From Flavobacteriales bacterium (GTDB taxonomy: Bacteria; Bacteroidota; Bacteroidia; Flavobacteriales_C; GCA-002722245), in assembly GCA_002717515.1 (NCBI GenBank), contig PBEC01000018.1, forward strand, positions 19,818 through 83,817: a stretch of DNA of 64,000 nucleotides. Direction: 5' to 3'. Position numbers and translations under genes: made by a program. Positions 27,430-37,466 of this stretch are shown piece by piece. Each line of letters starts with the position of its first letter. Position 1 is the first letter of the stretch. The notes under the pieces are model-generated. The model was not told the origin of the DNA. It saw nothing but the letters and a program-made list of their open reading frames with translations, and searched no databases.

Positions 27430-28620
27430 TTATTTGATTCTTCTTATTGGAATTAGAGATGCTAAGCATCCAATTCCATTAATTACCAATAAAATTATCA
27501 CAACATCTAAAAAATGTGGTTCAACGGGAAAACAGTCAAAACCGTTGCTTGTTCCATAGCCAAAAAGGCAAAAGTGAAGTTGTAGAAAAATCAACAAAAT
27601 TCCAATAAGTAGTCCTATCAAAGATCCAAATACGGAAATAAGGAAACCTTCAAGCCAAAAAATGAGTTTTATTTGATTTTGATTAGCGCCCATGCTTTTT
27701 AGCACAAAAACATCCTTCTTTTTGTCAATTACAAGCATCGTTAATGAACCCATAACATTAAAAATTGCTAAAACAATTACGAGAGAAAGGATTAACAGAG
27801 TTATCCATTTTTCAGCATTAATGGACTTAAAAAGAAATTCGTTTTGTTCGAATCTTGTTTTGACACTGTATTTGCTTCCGATCAAATCCTGAATGGTCGA
27901 TTTTACCTTCTCAGGGTGAGAAACGGAATCTAAACCAACTTCAATCGAGTTAATAACATCGGGTATTCCAATTAAATTTCGAGCCTGATCGATTGAAACA
28001 ATAATGTATTTGCTGTTAAAGTCAGAATTTATATCAAAAATTCCCCGTGGATAACTGGTTGTTGATTTAAACAAATCAGCAGGTCCACTTGAGTTTCCAT
28101 TAATATTGGGTATGTACATTCTTAAAGGAATGTTGCTGTCCGTGTTTACACCGAGTTTATATGCGATATTTATACCAAGAACACTCTCGTTTGGACCATC
28201 TACAAAAGGGCCGTAATGACCTTCGATAATAGCATTTTCAATGTTTGTGATTTTTGAAAAATAATTGGTAACTCCTTTTACGGTTGCTACCTCTTGGTTG
28301 TCACCATATTTTAATAGGGCCGTTTCTTCTAAGGCGTAGGATATGCCTTTAACACCTTTCACTAGCTCTAGTTTTTTTATTGGGAGACTGTCTGGATTAA
28401 ACCGAATACCCTTTTGAGTTTCAATCTTAATTTCAGGATCGAAGTTGGAGTATAAGTTTCTAACCGAGGACGATAAGCCATTCATTGCTGACAAAATAAT
28501 GATTAATGCTCCGGCCACAATTGCAACTACGGAAACAGAAATCCATGTAATCCAGTTGATTACATTATTTTTTTTCTTTGAAAAAAGATATCGGAACGCT
28601 ATGGAAAAAGAAAAGTTCAA
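27430..28620 (-). CDS. LolE/FtsX-like ABC transporter permease
   Basis: AFRYLFSKK, ILSAMNG, MacB-like periplasmic domain and LKSMGA in the FtsX domain. Confidence 0.88.
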   Translation of the reverse strand: MNFSFSIAFRYLFSKKKNNVINWITWISVSVVAIVAGALIIILSAMNGLSSSVRNLYSNFDPEIKIETQKGIRFNPDSLPIKKLELVKGVKGISYALEETALLKYGDNQEVATVKGVTNYFSKITNIENAIIEGHYGPFVDGPNESVLGINIAYKLGVNTDSNIPLRMYIPNINGNSSGPADLFKSTTSYPRGIFDINSDFNSKYIIVSIDQARNLIGIPDVINSIEVGLDSVSHPEKVKSTIQDLIGSKYSVKTRFEQNEFLFKSINAEKWITLLILSLVIVLAIFNVMGSLTMLVIDKKKDVFVLKSMGANQNQIKLIFWLEGFLISVFGSLIGLLIGILLIFLQLHFCLFGYGTSNGFDCFPVEPHFLDVVIILLVINGIGCLASLIPIRRIK

Positions 28621-28621
28621 A

Positions 28622-28957
28622 TTACTTTTTTAATAATTCGTCAATTTGCTCATAGTAATCAAGTGAATCATCAATGTAAAATTGAAAGTTTGGAACTTTT
28701 CTCATTTGATGCCGAACTTGTTTTGCAATAATCGTTCTTATTTCGACTGATTTTGTTTTCACAGTTTCTAAAATATTTTCATCATTTTTTCCCATAATAC
28801 TGAGGTGAACTTTTGCGTACGATAGGTCTGCGGTAACTCTTACGGAAGTCACGGTTATAAAAGCACCGTTAAACATGGTTCGAGATTCTCTTTGAAACAA
28901 AACGGCAAGGTCCTGTTTCAATACTTTAGCTATTTTTTGTTGTCGTCGATTTTCCAT
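28622..28957 (-). CDS. rbfA: Ribosome-binding factor A
   Basis: RQQKI, VTSVRVTADLSYAKVHLS and RKVPNFQFYIDDSLDY. Confidence 0.95.
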   Translation of the reverse strand: MENRRQQKIAKVLKQDLAVLFQRESRTMFNGAFITVTSVRVTADLSYAKVHLSIMGKNDENILETVKTKSVEIRTIIAKQVRHQMRKVPNFQFYIDDSLDYYEQIDELLKK

Positions 28958-29132
28958 AATAATCAAAGGGAAATATTAAGTTAACCTAAAATTAACATCG
29001 AAACATTAACTTCGCGGCATATTCTTTTTTCAGCAATTCTTTTTGCTGTCAAGAATTGACAACAAAATTAAATTTTTAATTCGGTAGCTGAAATTTTAGC
29101 AGCACCAAATAATTAAGCAACTAAATAACACC

Positions 29133-29957
29133 ATGAAAAAACTAGTTTCAAATTTAATGCTCTCTTTAACGCTGTTTTTAGCGACTTTCAGTACAAATGC
29201 TTTTGCAGAACAAGAGGAAAATAACAATCAAGTAGAAAATATAGAAGCGGTTGAAGAAATCAATTCTCAAGAAGAAGAGTTGAAAGAAACTGCAACAGAT
29301 GTTGAGGTGAGGGACGAACCTACATTCACTCAGGAAGTAAAGAAACGATTTTTAGAAGGTGGGGTAACATGGATGATTCCTGTTTTGGCTTGCTTAATAC
29401 TAGGAATTGCAACTGCTATTGAGCGTATTATTTATTTGAGTTTATCCAACGTAAATACTAAAAAAGTATTACAGCAAGTTGAAGAAGCTTTAAATACAGA
29501 AGGTGTTGAAGGGGCAAAAGAAGTATGTAGAAATACAAGAGGTCCTGTAGGAGCAATTTTTTACGACGGACTAGTAAGGTCAGATGAAGGAATAGAACAA
29601 GTTGAAAAGTCTGTCATTGCAGGCGGGTCTGTTCAAATGGGACTAATGGAGAAAGGAGTTTCCTGGATATCGTTATATATTGCTTTAGCTCCGATGTTGG
29701 GTTTTTTGGGAACTGTAATAGGTATGATTGACGCTTTTGATTCAATTCAAGCGGCTGGAAGCATTGAACCTTCAGCTATGGCAGGTGGTATAAAAACAGC
29801 TTTGATTACTACGGTTGCCGGTTTGATTGTTGCGATTATTTTACAGGTTTTTTACAACATTGTAGTCGCGAAAATTGATAATCTTGTCAATCAAATGGAA
29901 GACGCATCAAATTCATTTGTTAAAATTGTTCAAAATAAAATTGAACCTGTAGCATAA
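29133..29957 (+). CDS. MotA/TolQ/ExbB proton channel protein
   Basis: FLEGG, APMLGFLGTVIGMI and GIKTALITTVAGL. Confidence 0.93.
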   Translation: MKKLVSNLMLSLTLFLATFSTNAFAEQEENNNQVENIEAVEEINSQEEELKETATDVEVRDEPTFTQEVKKRFLEGGVTWMIPVLACLILGIATAIERIIYLSLSNVNTKKVLQQVEEALNTEGVEGAKEVCRNTRGPVGAIFYDGLVRSDEGIEQVEKSVIAGGSVQMGLMEKGVSWISLYIALAPMLGFLGTVIGMIDAFDSIQAAGSIEPSAMAGGIKTALITTVAGLIVAIILQVFYNIVVAKIDNLVNQMEDASNSFVKIVQNKIEPVA

Positions 29958-29974
29958 CTTTAAATTTTCGAGAA

Positions 29975-30373
29975 ATGAAATTAGATTTAGGTTTAATTAT
30001 TGGAAAATGGGTGTTAATTTCAATTATTTGGATATTGATTCTACTCACCTTCAATGAGGGTATTGACTCAATGACTTTAATTCTATTTTCTTTTGGTTTG
30101 TTGTATACTATAATTACTGTAACGGTTGGGTTTACTGTCTTTAATTTTGTAGAGAACCCAAGGGCGGGCATGAAATTCATTATCAGCGCTTTGTCTCTTG
30201 GTTTAATTTTCTTAGTCGGATATAATTTTTCAACAGATTCTATTGACCAGGAAGGGAATTTGATTGAAGGAAGTAAGTTTTCAGAGGGAGGTATTTATAC
30301 TTGGTATGCTGTAACAATAATAGCAGTTCTTTTAATAGTAGCAACTGAAATTAAAAGAGCTTTAAAATTATAA
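29975..30373 (+). CDS. Hypothetical membrane protein of the ExbB/ExbD cluster
   Basis: About 4 TM segments; lies between exbB and exbD, as is usual in Bacteroidota. Confidence 0.75.
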   Translation: MKLDLGLIIGKWVLISIIWILILLTFNEGIDSMTLILFSFGLLYTIITVTVGFTVFNFVENPRAGMKFIISALSLGLIFLVGYNFSTDSIDQEGNLIEGSKFSEGGIYTWYAVTIIAVLLIVATEIKRALKL

Positions 30374-30374
30374 T

Positions 30375-31055
30375 ATGCCAAAAAGACAATCGCCAGAAGT
30401 AAATGCAGGATCGATGGCTGATATAGCCTTTCTTTTGCTTATCTTTTTTCTAGTTACATCTGAAATGACTCAAGAATCCGGAATGTTTCAGTTGCTTCCT
30501 GAAAAGGTTGCTGATACGTCTCCACCACCACCTGTTAATAAACGAAATGTAATTGAAGTTTTGGTAAACAACAACAATTTGATTTTATTTGAAGGAAAAC
30601 TCGTTAAAATTGAAGAGATACCCACTTTGGTAAAGGAGATGATTTTGAATTCTTCCAATAGAACAGATTGGCCAGTGAGTAGGGCTGTAACTGAAGAAGA
30701 ACTTCAGGTCCGAATTGATAAAAATAAAAAAGTATTAGAGAAGGCTAACGAAGCTGCTCAGGCCTCTGCTGAAAGAAAATTAAAAAAATCAGAATTGAGA
30801 TTAAAGGCTTTACAGGTTTTTGGGGAAGATTTCAGAAAATCAGAGCACGTAGTTAATATGCAGGCTACTCAGGGAGCTGAATATGAAACTTACATCCTTC
30901 TAAAGGATCATTTGAAGCAAGCTTATAAGTCCTTAAGAAATGATTTAGCAATAAAGGTTTTAGGTAGAGGTTGGAGTGACTTAACCTTACAAGAAAAAGA
31001 AATGTTGAAAATGGTTTACAAAGAAAATATTTCAGAGGCTCCGGTAATTCAATAA
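30375..31055 (+). CDS. ExbD/TolR biopolymer transport protein 1
   Basis: PEVNAGSMADIAFLLLIFFLVT. Confidence 0.92.
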   Translation: MPKRQSPEVNAGSMADIAFLLLIFFLVTSEMTQESGMFQLLPEKVADTSPPPPVNKRNVIEVLVNNNNLILFEGKLVKIEEIPTLVKEMILNSSNRTDWPVSRAVTEEELQVRIDKNKKVLEKANEAAQASAERKLKKSELRLKALQVFGEDFRKSEHVVNMQATQGAEYETYILLKDHLKQAYKSLRNDLAIKVLGRGWSDLTLQEKEMLKMVYKENISEAPVIQ

Positions 31056-31069
31056 AAAAGAAAACAGTT

Positions 31070-31564
31070 ATGTCTAAATTCAATGACGGCAAAAAGCAAA
31101 GAATAGAGCCTGGTATTTCAACCGCCTCCTTGCCGGATATAGTATTTATGCTTTTGTTCTTTTTTATGGTGGCAACAAAAACAAGAGAGAATACTTCAAG
31201 TTTAATAGTGACTTTGCCCAGTGCAACAGAAACTGGTAAATTGGAGGATAAAACACCTACGGCATATATACAGTTGGGCGTTCCTACAAAAAAACTTCAG
31301 AAGGTATACGGTGATAAAACATCAATTCAGCTCAATGATGCCATAAAAAGTAAAAAAGACATTAGAATGTTTCTGGACGATAAAAGGGCCAGTATAAAGG
31401 CAAGTTATCCTGATGCACAGATAGGTGCGTCCAAAGCAAAAAAAATGGTGGTGTGCTTAAAGGTCGATAAAAAAACTAAACTTGGGGTTGTGAGTGAGGT
31501 TAAAGAGGAGTTGAGAGACGCCTCGGCTTTAAAAGTGAATTATATTGTAAATGAGGGAAAGTAA
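31070..31564 (+). CDS. ExbD/TolR biopolymer transport protein 2
   Basis: ISTASLPDIVFMLLFFFMV and LKVDK..KLG.VS.VK.ELR. Confidence 0.92.
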   Translation: MSKFNDGKKQRIEPGISTASLPDIVFMLLFFFMVATKTRENTSSLIVTLPSATETGKLEDKTPTAYIQLGVPTKKLQKVYGDKTSIQLNDAIKSKKDIRMFLDDKRASIKASYPDAQIGASKAKKMVVCLKVDKKTKLGVVSEVKEELRDASALKVNYIVNEGK

Positions 31565-31808
31565 ATTTCTGTTTTTTCCAAGTAAATTGTCTTCTAAAAA
31601 TTTCCCTAAAGAGAATCTCTAAGGATTCAAGTTTTGTTACACATTGGTAGTTTTGTATACATGTTTGGTTGTGTTTTGATCTACTCCATCCGGTAAGTTT
31701 TTGAGATGTATGATTAACGTTGTTAACTGTAAAAAGTGAATATTCACTTGATAGTAGCATACTAAGAGATGGTTTAATAAGTTAAATTTAAATACCAACC
31801 TTAATTTT

Positions 31809-32534
31809 ATGAGCAATTTTTTAGAAATTATTAAGCAATTGAAATCAAATCAGGAAGCTTTTGAGGACAAGCTTACAAAGATTGAAAGCTTGGGAGGAAA
31901 TGTGAATAAAGTTTTGTTGAGGGAATTAATTCAGGATGCAAGAGAATTACATGAAGGAGCGGTCATTTTGTCTTATGTTTTGTTTGATGAACAATCTCAA
32001 AGAACTCATCAATTAGAAATGAATCTTTCACAGGAAAATCAAGAAGTTCCTGAACGTTTTGATAAAATAACCAAAGAGTCTGTGGACAATCTTCAAAAGA
32101 AGTCTTTGGATGTGGAGCAAACGAATCAAAATCATGGAGTTGATTTTCTTGAGAATCAAAATGATGTTCCATCGGAAGAGTCAATCGTAGAGCATTTGGA
32201 GAACGAAATTTCCTCGATTATATCGGAAAACACATCTGGTGTTGTTTTTCAACATCAAGAAGAGGAGGATAACTCTTTAGCGGCCAAGTTGGCCAGAAAA
32301 AAAATTGATAATTTAAGCAGTGCAATTGGAATAAATGAAAAGTTTTTGTTTACAAACGAACTTTTTGATGGCAATACAGAACAATTTTTGAAAACAATTG
32401 ATGAGTTGAACAGTTGTTTATCTTTGAAAGATGCAAATGAAAAGTTAACGGAATTTGCTCAAAAAAGAGATTGGATGATAGAGGAAGAGCCTTATCAAAA
32501 ATTACAATCTTTGTTGACGAGAAAATATCAATAA
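31809..32534 (+). CDS. Conserved hypothetical protein
   Basis: Acidic linker and a C-terminal IGINEKFLF.NELFDGN helical motif seen in Bacteroidota. Confidence 0.7.
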   Translation: MSNFLEIIKQLKSNQEAFEDKLTKIESLGGNVNKVLLRELIQDARELHEGAVILSYVLFDEQSQRTHQLEMNLSQENQEVPERFDKITKESVDNLQKKSLDVEQTNQNHGVDFLENQNDVPSEESIVEHLENEISSIISENTSGVVFQHQEEEDNSLAAKLARKKIDNLSSAIGINEKFLFTNELFDGNTEQFLKTIDELNSCLSLKDANEKLTEFAQKRDWMIEEEPYQKLQSLLTRKYQ

Positions 32535-32574
32535 AAATTCTTTTAGTTGTTAATGACCTTAATGAATTAATTTT

Positions 32575-33600
32575 ATGAATGATGCATTAGATCCATCGGG
32601 AGAAAATCTTACTAATCCAGAGGTGGAGTTTGAGAGAGTGCTTCGTCCAAAAACATTTGATGATTTTACGGGTCAAAAAAATGTATTGGATAATCTTTCT
32701 GTATTTGTTCAGGCAGCATTAAAAAGAGAGGAAGCTTTAGATCATGTTCTTTTGCATGGCCCTCCCGGCTTAGGGAAAACAACTTTAGCGAATATAATTT
32801 CCAACGAATTAGGAAGTAATATTAAACTGGTTTCAGGTCCAATGCTTGATAAGCCGGGCGACTTGGCAGGATTATTAACCAACTTAGCTGAAGGTGACGT
32901 CCTGTTTATTGATGAGATTCATCGTTTGAGTCCTGTTGTTGAGGAATATTTATATTCCGCAATGGAAGATTATAAAATCGATATCATGATTGATTCTGGA
33001 CCTAATGCTAGATCGGTGCAAATAGGATTGGAACCTTTTACTTTGATTGGTGCAACAACGCGTTCAGGGTTATTGACGTCTCCTTTGAGAGCTCGATTTG
33101 GAATAAATTGTCGTTTGGAATATTATGATGCTGAATTGTTGCACTTAATTATTTTAAGGTCTGCTCATTTATTGAATGTTCCCATTAATGAGGACGCCGC
33201 TTTTGAAATTGCCAGAAGGAGTAGAGGTACTCCAAGAATTGCAAATGCGATATTGAGAAGGTTGCGTGATTTTGCAGAAATAAAAGGAGACGGAACCATT
33301 ACGATCAAGGTAACAAATGATGCCTTAAAAGCTTTGAATGTTGATGAAAACGGACTGGATGAGATGGATGTAAAAATATTAACTACTATTGTTGATAAAT
33401 TTAAAGGAGGTCCTGTTGGTATTAATACCATTGCAACAGCAGTTGGTGAAGATGCAGGTACTATTGAGGAGGTTTACGAACCTTTCTTAATTAAAGAGGG
33501 CTTCATAAATAGGACTCAAAGAGGCCGGGAGGCAACAGAACAAGCGTATAAACATTTAGGGGTTAACTTCAGAAGAGGCTCTCAAGGTAATTTGTTTTAA
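32575..33600 (+). CDS. ruvB: Holliday junction branch migration helicase RuvB
   Basis: [24 protein letters not shown] and SRGTPRIAN. Confidence 0.98.
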   Translation: MNDALDPSGENLTNPEVEFERVLRPKTFDDFTGQKNVLDNLSVFVQAALKREEALDHVLLHGPPGLGKTTLANIISNELGSNIKLVSGPMLDKPGDLAGLLTNLAEGDVLFIDEIHRLSPVVEEYLYSAMEDYKIDIMIDSGPNARSVQIGLEPFTLIGATTRSGLLTSPLRARFGINCRLEYYDAELLHLIILRSAHLLNVPINEDAAFEIARRSRGTPRIANAILRRLRDFAEIKGDGTITIKVTNDALKALNVDENGLDEMDVKILTTIVDKFKGGPVGINTIATAVGEDAGTIEEVYEPFLIKEGFINRTQRGREATEQAYKHLGVNFRRGSQGNLF

Positions 33601-33620
33601 TTTTAAGAGGCGTAAAGGAC

Positions 33621-36600
33621 TTATCTCATCAAAGTTACTGTTCCTGTTTTCTCGTAATGCTTATCAGAGTGGACTTTTTTGTATACTATTTTATATACAT
33701 ATACATCAATTTGTTGAGGTTCTCCATCAATTGTTCCATCCCAACCTGAATTGATATCATTGGATTTAAAAACCACTTCTCCCCAGCGATTAAAAATATA
33801 CATCGTAAATTCAGAAACTGCATGGCTTTCTGCTTTGAATACCTCGTTTTTAAAATCTCGATTAGGGGTAAAGGAGTTAGGAATCCATAATGGAAAAATT
33901 ACATTAACAACAACGGAGTCTTTAATCAAGCAGCCTTTTGAATCCATGTACTCAAAAGTATACGTCATGTCCTCTTGTGCTTCCAATGAAACATCGGAAC
34001 ATGTGTTGCAGGACATATAATTACCGGGGTTCCAACTGTAAGCGTATCCAGGAAGTAAGTTCAAATTTAGGCTTTCACCAAAATCAATGGTGTAGGACGG
34101 GTTAATGGGTTGTTCTTCAGTGCTGAAAACATCAATGTTAATGGTGTCATTTTTAATACAGATATTATTATCCAATTGAACGATATAAGACTCACTTTCC
34201 GTTGGATAAATTACCTGCTGATTGGCAGTAGGGTCAGGAAAACCTCCATTTTGCCAAACGAAATCTTCATTTGAAATAACGCTTAAAGGGACTCTTTCTC
34301 CCATACAAACAGTAGTATCAGGGGAAGTTACAGATTCAAGAATTATCGCATCAATATCAAATGTATCAACTGCAGTTCCGCATGGAGAACTGGTTTCAAA
34401 ATAAATGGATTCGTCACTTAAAGTTGGAAATATAAGTGTATCATTGATTAATGAATAGGGTTCGCCGTTTATGGTTTTATATGTACTGTTTTCATTGGTT
34501 TCAAAATAGAATTTGAGGGAGTCTCCGTAACAAGAAGTGCCGTTTGCAAAACCTCCTGTGGGGGGAGCAAATAATTCAATTTCTATTTGATCTTTAACGG
34601 TACCACATCCTGCTTCATATTCTACATAAAAAAGAGTGTTGGTGTCTGTGGAAAGAGAGATGGAGTTTGTGTTACCAGGAATAACCCCATTTGCGTCACT
34701 CCAAACATAATCATTTGTATTTGGACCCTCTACGGATAAAGAAAGGTCTCCCGTCGAACAGTCGTAAGAATCAAGTTGTAAATCCAGATTAACCCCTTCT
34801 GCAACATCAACTAGTACTTCAGTTGTGTCGGAGAACGGACATTTATTTGGATCGGTTGCGACGAGTTGAACAATGAATTGTCCTGCTTCTAAAAACTCGA
34901 ATTGACCGTCCCTACTTTGAACTACGGACTCGTCAGGATATATCCATTTAAAATCCTGACCACCTGTACTAATGTTTGTGAAATTCACAATGTTGTTGGA
35001 GCAATAAATTGAATCTTGTTGGAATTGTATGTTAGCAGTTAATGTCGAAGCGTCCATTTTGATTAAGGCTAAATTACATGAGGAGTTGTTTTCCTCCGAA
35101 TAGGCGTCTGGAGTGACAGGGAAAGTGGAAGCGCTACCGCATGCACACACAGATTGATATATAGTTCCGTTTCTGTCGAATCTACTGGTTCCTCCGTCAA
35201 CATGCTCGGATGCGTTCAAATTACCAATGAAGCTTCCGTAGTTGATTTGTTGGAAGTCTTCGGCTAGAACCAATATATAAAAATCTGAACCGTCGGTTTG
35301 AGATTGTATCGCATCGGAAGTGATTGGAAAGTTTTCTATTCCATTGAAAGACGAATAATCATTAAAACTTCCTCCCCATCCAGAAACATAAACCTCTTTA
35401 CAGTCGCTAACCATAAGCGCAGTAGGAACCAGTTCCGTTTGACTTGTTCCATTCCCAAATACTGTCCCTTTTTCTAAAACGGTTAGTTCTTTATTGTATT
35501 TTTGAAGGAATTGTTTACTTCCCGGGTTGCTGTAAACTCCGTTGGATACCGTCATATTTCCGGCCGATTGTCCAAAGCAATAAACACTTTCATCTTTGTC
35601 AACGTCTACCAAATAGTTTTGGTCGTAGCTGCTGCCTCCTATGTACGTAGTTTTTATTAGCGTCCCTCCATTTTCATGAACTCTGGCCAAAAATCCATCA
35701 ATTGAACCGCTGTAACTTGAGCTGTAACTTCCTGAAGTTTGCTGAAGATTTGTACTGGTGGTACCTCCTGATATATAAATATCTCCAGAGCTGTTTTGTT
35801 TGATTGAGTAACAAGCATCGTTTCCGGATCCTCCAAAATAACTTCCAAAAATTAAACTGCTTAAGTTAGGGTTAAATTTAGCAACACATCCATCCTGAGA
35901 CCCGCCGCCGTATGAGGTTTGAAATCCTCCGTTTGTTGGTAGGTCGTTTGAAACGGTTACCGATGAAATTAAAACATTATCGTTTTTATCTACAATGATT
36001 TCTCCTCTGTTTCCATCTCCATAGTTTCTGAATAAACCTAAAGTTTCTGAACCATCGTTAATACCGTCATTGTTACTTCCGCCGTAGTATGTACTCGAAA
36101 GGAGTGTAGTGAAGTCGTTACTGAGTTTAGCAAGAACAATATCTGTACCGTTTGAAAACGATAAGTAGCCTGCTTGTGTATAGTTTCCACCGTTGAAGGT
36201 TTTATCATACGAATTGGCAACAGTAGGGAAATCAGAAGAGCTTGAAGCTCCATATACTAGAAGTTCGCCCTTACTGTTTACAATCATACTGTGAGGTGCT
36301 TCTATCCCGTTTCCTCCTAAATAAGTGGAGGCTACTAGTTGGGTTCCGTCTGGACTGAATTTAGAAATTGACATATCAACAGATCCTCCACCTAAAAATG
36401 AGCTATACGCACCTGTTGTAGTCGGATATGATGAACCAAATGTAACCCCCCCGCCGTAGCCGTAACCCAAATTGTCGTATGTAGCCGAGAACCCCCAATT
36501 ATCGGAGGAAGAACCACTGAAGGTTATAAAGTTTAATTGTGGATCAATGGTTAGGGTTTTTGATTTATCGTAATCTCCTAATTCAATTCCGTAAGTGCTT

Positions 36601-37268
36601 TCTGTAATTTTTTTGTATTCTGTTGGTATAGAGTTGTTGGGTTGATCAGAGGTAAATGAGTATGGAGCAGATTCTTCTATGTTTCCAACACTGGTAACCA
36701 GTATTAATTTGTTTTTAAGATGACGTATGTTTTCCAGTCCTTCGTATTCAATATTAATATCGTTTGGATTTGCGCCCGGTTTTACTATAAAGTCGTATTT
36801 AATGACATTATTTTTAAATGAGAGTTTAAGGTCTATTCCTTCGTATAAGTTAGAAAGCGTTGTTTCTTTTATGGGGGTTAAACCACCAACCCATTTCGAA
36901 GAGTCATTACCGATGAATGAACTGACTTTGAATGATAAGTTTGAATAGTCAAGGCCATAGTTTAAAGGATTTGAGCCTTTGAATTTTATGGTAAATACAT
37001 GGCCTCTTACGTCTTTATTAATGTGAGAATGTCCTTTTTCATAGTGATGGTGATGCTCACCGTGTCCAATAGCATGGTCAAGTTCTTTTGGGTCAAGAAC
37101 TAATATTTTGAACCCATCTTTTTCAACATAAAACCCTCCATAGTTTAATCTTGCATGATATAAAACGTGGTCAGGAAGCTGTCCTTCATTTCTCAAAAAG
37201 TAACCTTCGTTTCCAAACGACCAAAAATGGATTAGGCAAGTGAAAAATAAAAGTAGCTTTTTAAGCAT
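33621..37268 (-). CDS. Large secreted protein: conserved N-terminal beta domain, SBBP-like repeats, PKD/Ig-like domains, T9SS type B sorting domain
   Basis: FLRNEGQ, IKYDFIVKPGANP..I, repeated STY.GG motifs; C-terminal IPNSFTPN.D..NE.F...IFNRWGEVVF...WDG...GTVTLMR. Confidence 0.9.
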   Translation of the reverse strand: MLKKLLLFFTCLIHFWSFGNEGYFLRNEGQLPDHVLYHARLNYGGFYVEKDGFKILVLDPKELDHAIGHGEHHHHYEKGHSHINKDVRGHVFTIKFKGSNPLNYGLDYSNLSFKVSSFIGNDSSKWVGGLTPIKETTLSNLYEGIDLKLSFKNNVIKYDFIVKPGANPNDINIEYEGLENIRHLKNKLILVTSVGNIEESAPYSFTSDQPNNSIPTEYKKITESTYGIELGDYDKSKTLTIDPQLNFITFSGSSSDNWGFSATYDNLGYGYGGGVTFGSSYPTTTGAYSSFLGGGSVDMSISKFSPDGTQLVASTYLGGNGIEAPHSMIVNSKGELLVYGASSSSDFPTVANSYDKTFNGGNYTQAGYLSFSNGTDIVLAKLSNDFTTLLSSTYYGGSNNDGINDGSETLGLFRNYGDGNRGEIIVDKNDNVLISSVTVSNDLPTNGGFQTSYGGGSQDGCVAKFNPNLSSLIFGSYFGGSGNDACYSIKQNSSGDIYISGGTTSTNLQQTSGSYSSSYSGSIDGFLARVHENGGTLIKTTYIGGSSYDQNYLVDVDKDESVYCFGQSAGNMTVSNGVYSNPGSKQFLQKYNKELTVLEKGTVFGNGTSQTELVPTALMVSDCKEVYVSGWGGSFNDYSSFNGIENFPITSDAIQSQTDGSDFYILVLAEDFQQINYGSFIGNLNASEHVDGGTSRFDRNGTIYQSVCACGSASTFPVTPDAYSEENNSSCNLALIKMDASTLTANIQFQQDSIYCSNNIVNFTNISTGGQDFKWIYPDESVVQSRDGQFEFLEAGQFIVQLVATDPNKCPFSDTTEVLVDVAEGVNLDLQLDSYDCSTGDLSLSVEGPNTNDYVWSDANGVIPGNTNSISLSTDTNTLFYVEYEAGCGTVKDQIEIELFAPPTGGFANGTSCYGDSLKFYFETNENSTYKTINGEPYSLINDTLIFPTLSDESIYFETSSPCGTAVDTFDIDAIILESVTSPDTTVCMGERVPLSVISNEDFVWQNGGFPDPTANQQVIYPTESESYIVQLDNNICIKNDTINIDVFSTEEQPINPSYTIDFGESLNLNLLPGYAYSWNPGNYMSCNTCSDVSLEAQEDMTYTFEYMDSKGCLIKDSVVVNVIFPLWIPNSFTPNRDFKNEVFKAESHAVSEFTMYIFNRWGEVVFKSNDINSGWDGTIDGEPQQIDVYVYKIVYKKVHSDKHYEKTGTVTLMR

Positions 37269-37417
37269 TTTTGTATATAATTTAGAGTAAAAAACGAAAT
37301 GAGTTTCGTCTTCAGCGTGCGAATATAAAGTATCCGTGAATTACTGTCAATTTTTTAATGTCAATAAATTGAAAAATAAACGTAATCTGGTTAAAAAACA
37401 CATTTAATTGGAAAAAT

Positions 37418-37445
37418 AAAAAGGTCAGGATATCCTGACCTTTTT
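37418..37445. terminator. Intrinsic terminator after the DAHP synthase/chorismate mutase gene
   Basis: A5-GGTCAGGA-TA-TCCTGACC-T5. Confidence 0.88.
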
Positions 37446-37466
37446 AATAAGTTAATTTTTTACCAA

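Noticed and set aside
27359-27469. Extended N-termini given by the track (argH 27469, mltD 24130, kinase 54517, YceI 54526, pgk 59961)
   Set aside because: They overlap neighbouring genes or terminators, or precede the typical N-terminus; downstream ATGs fit better.
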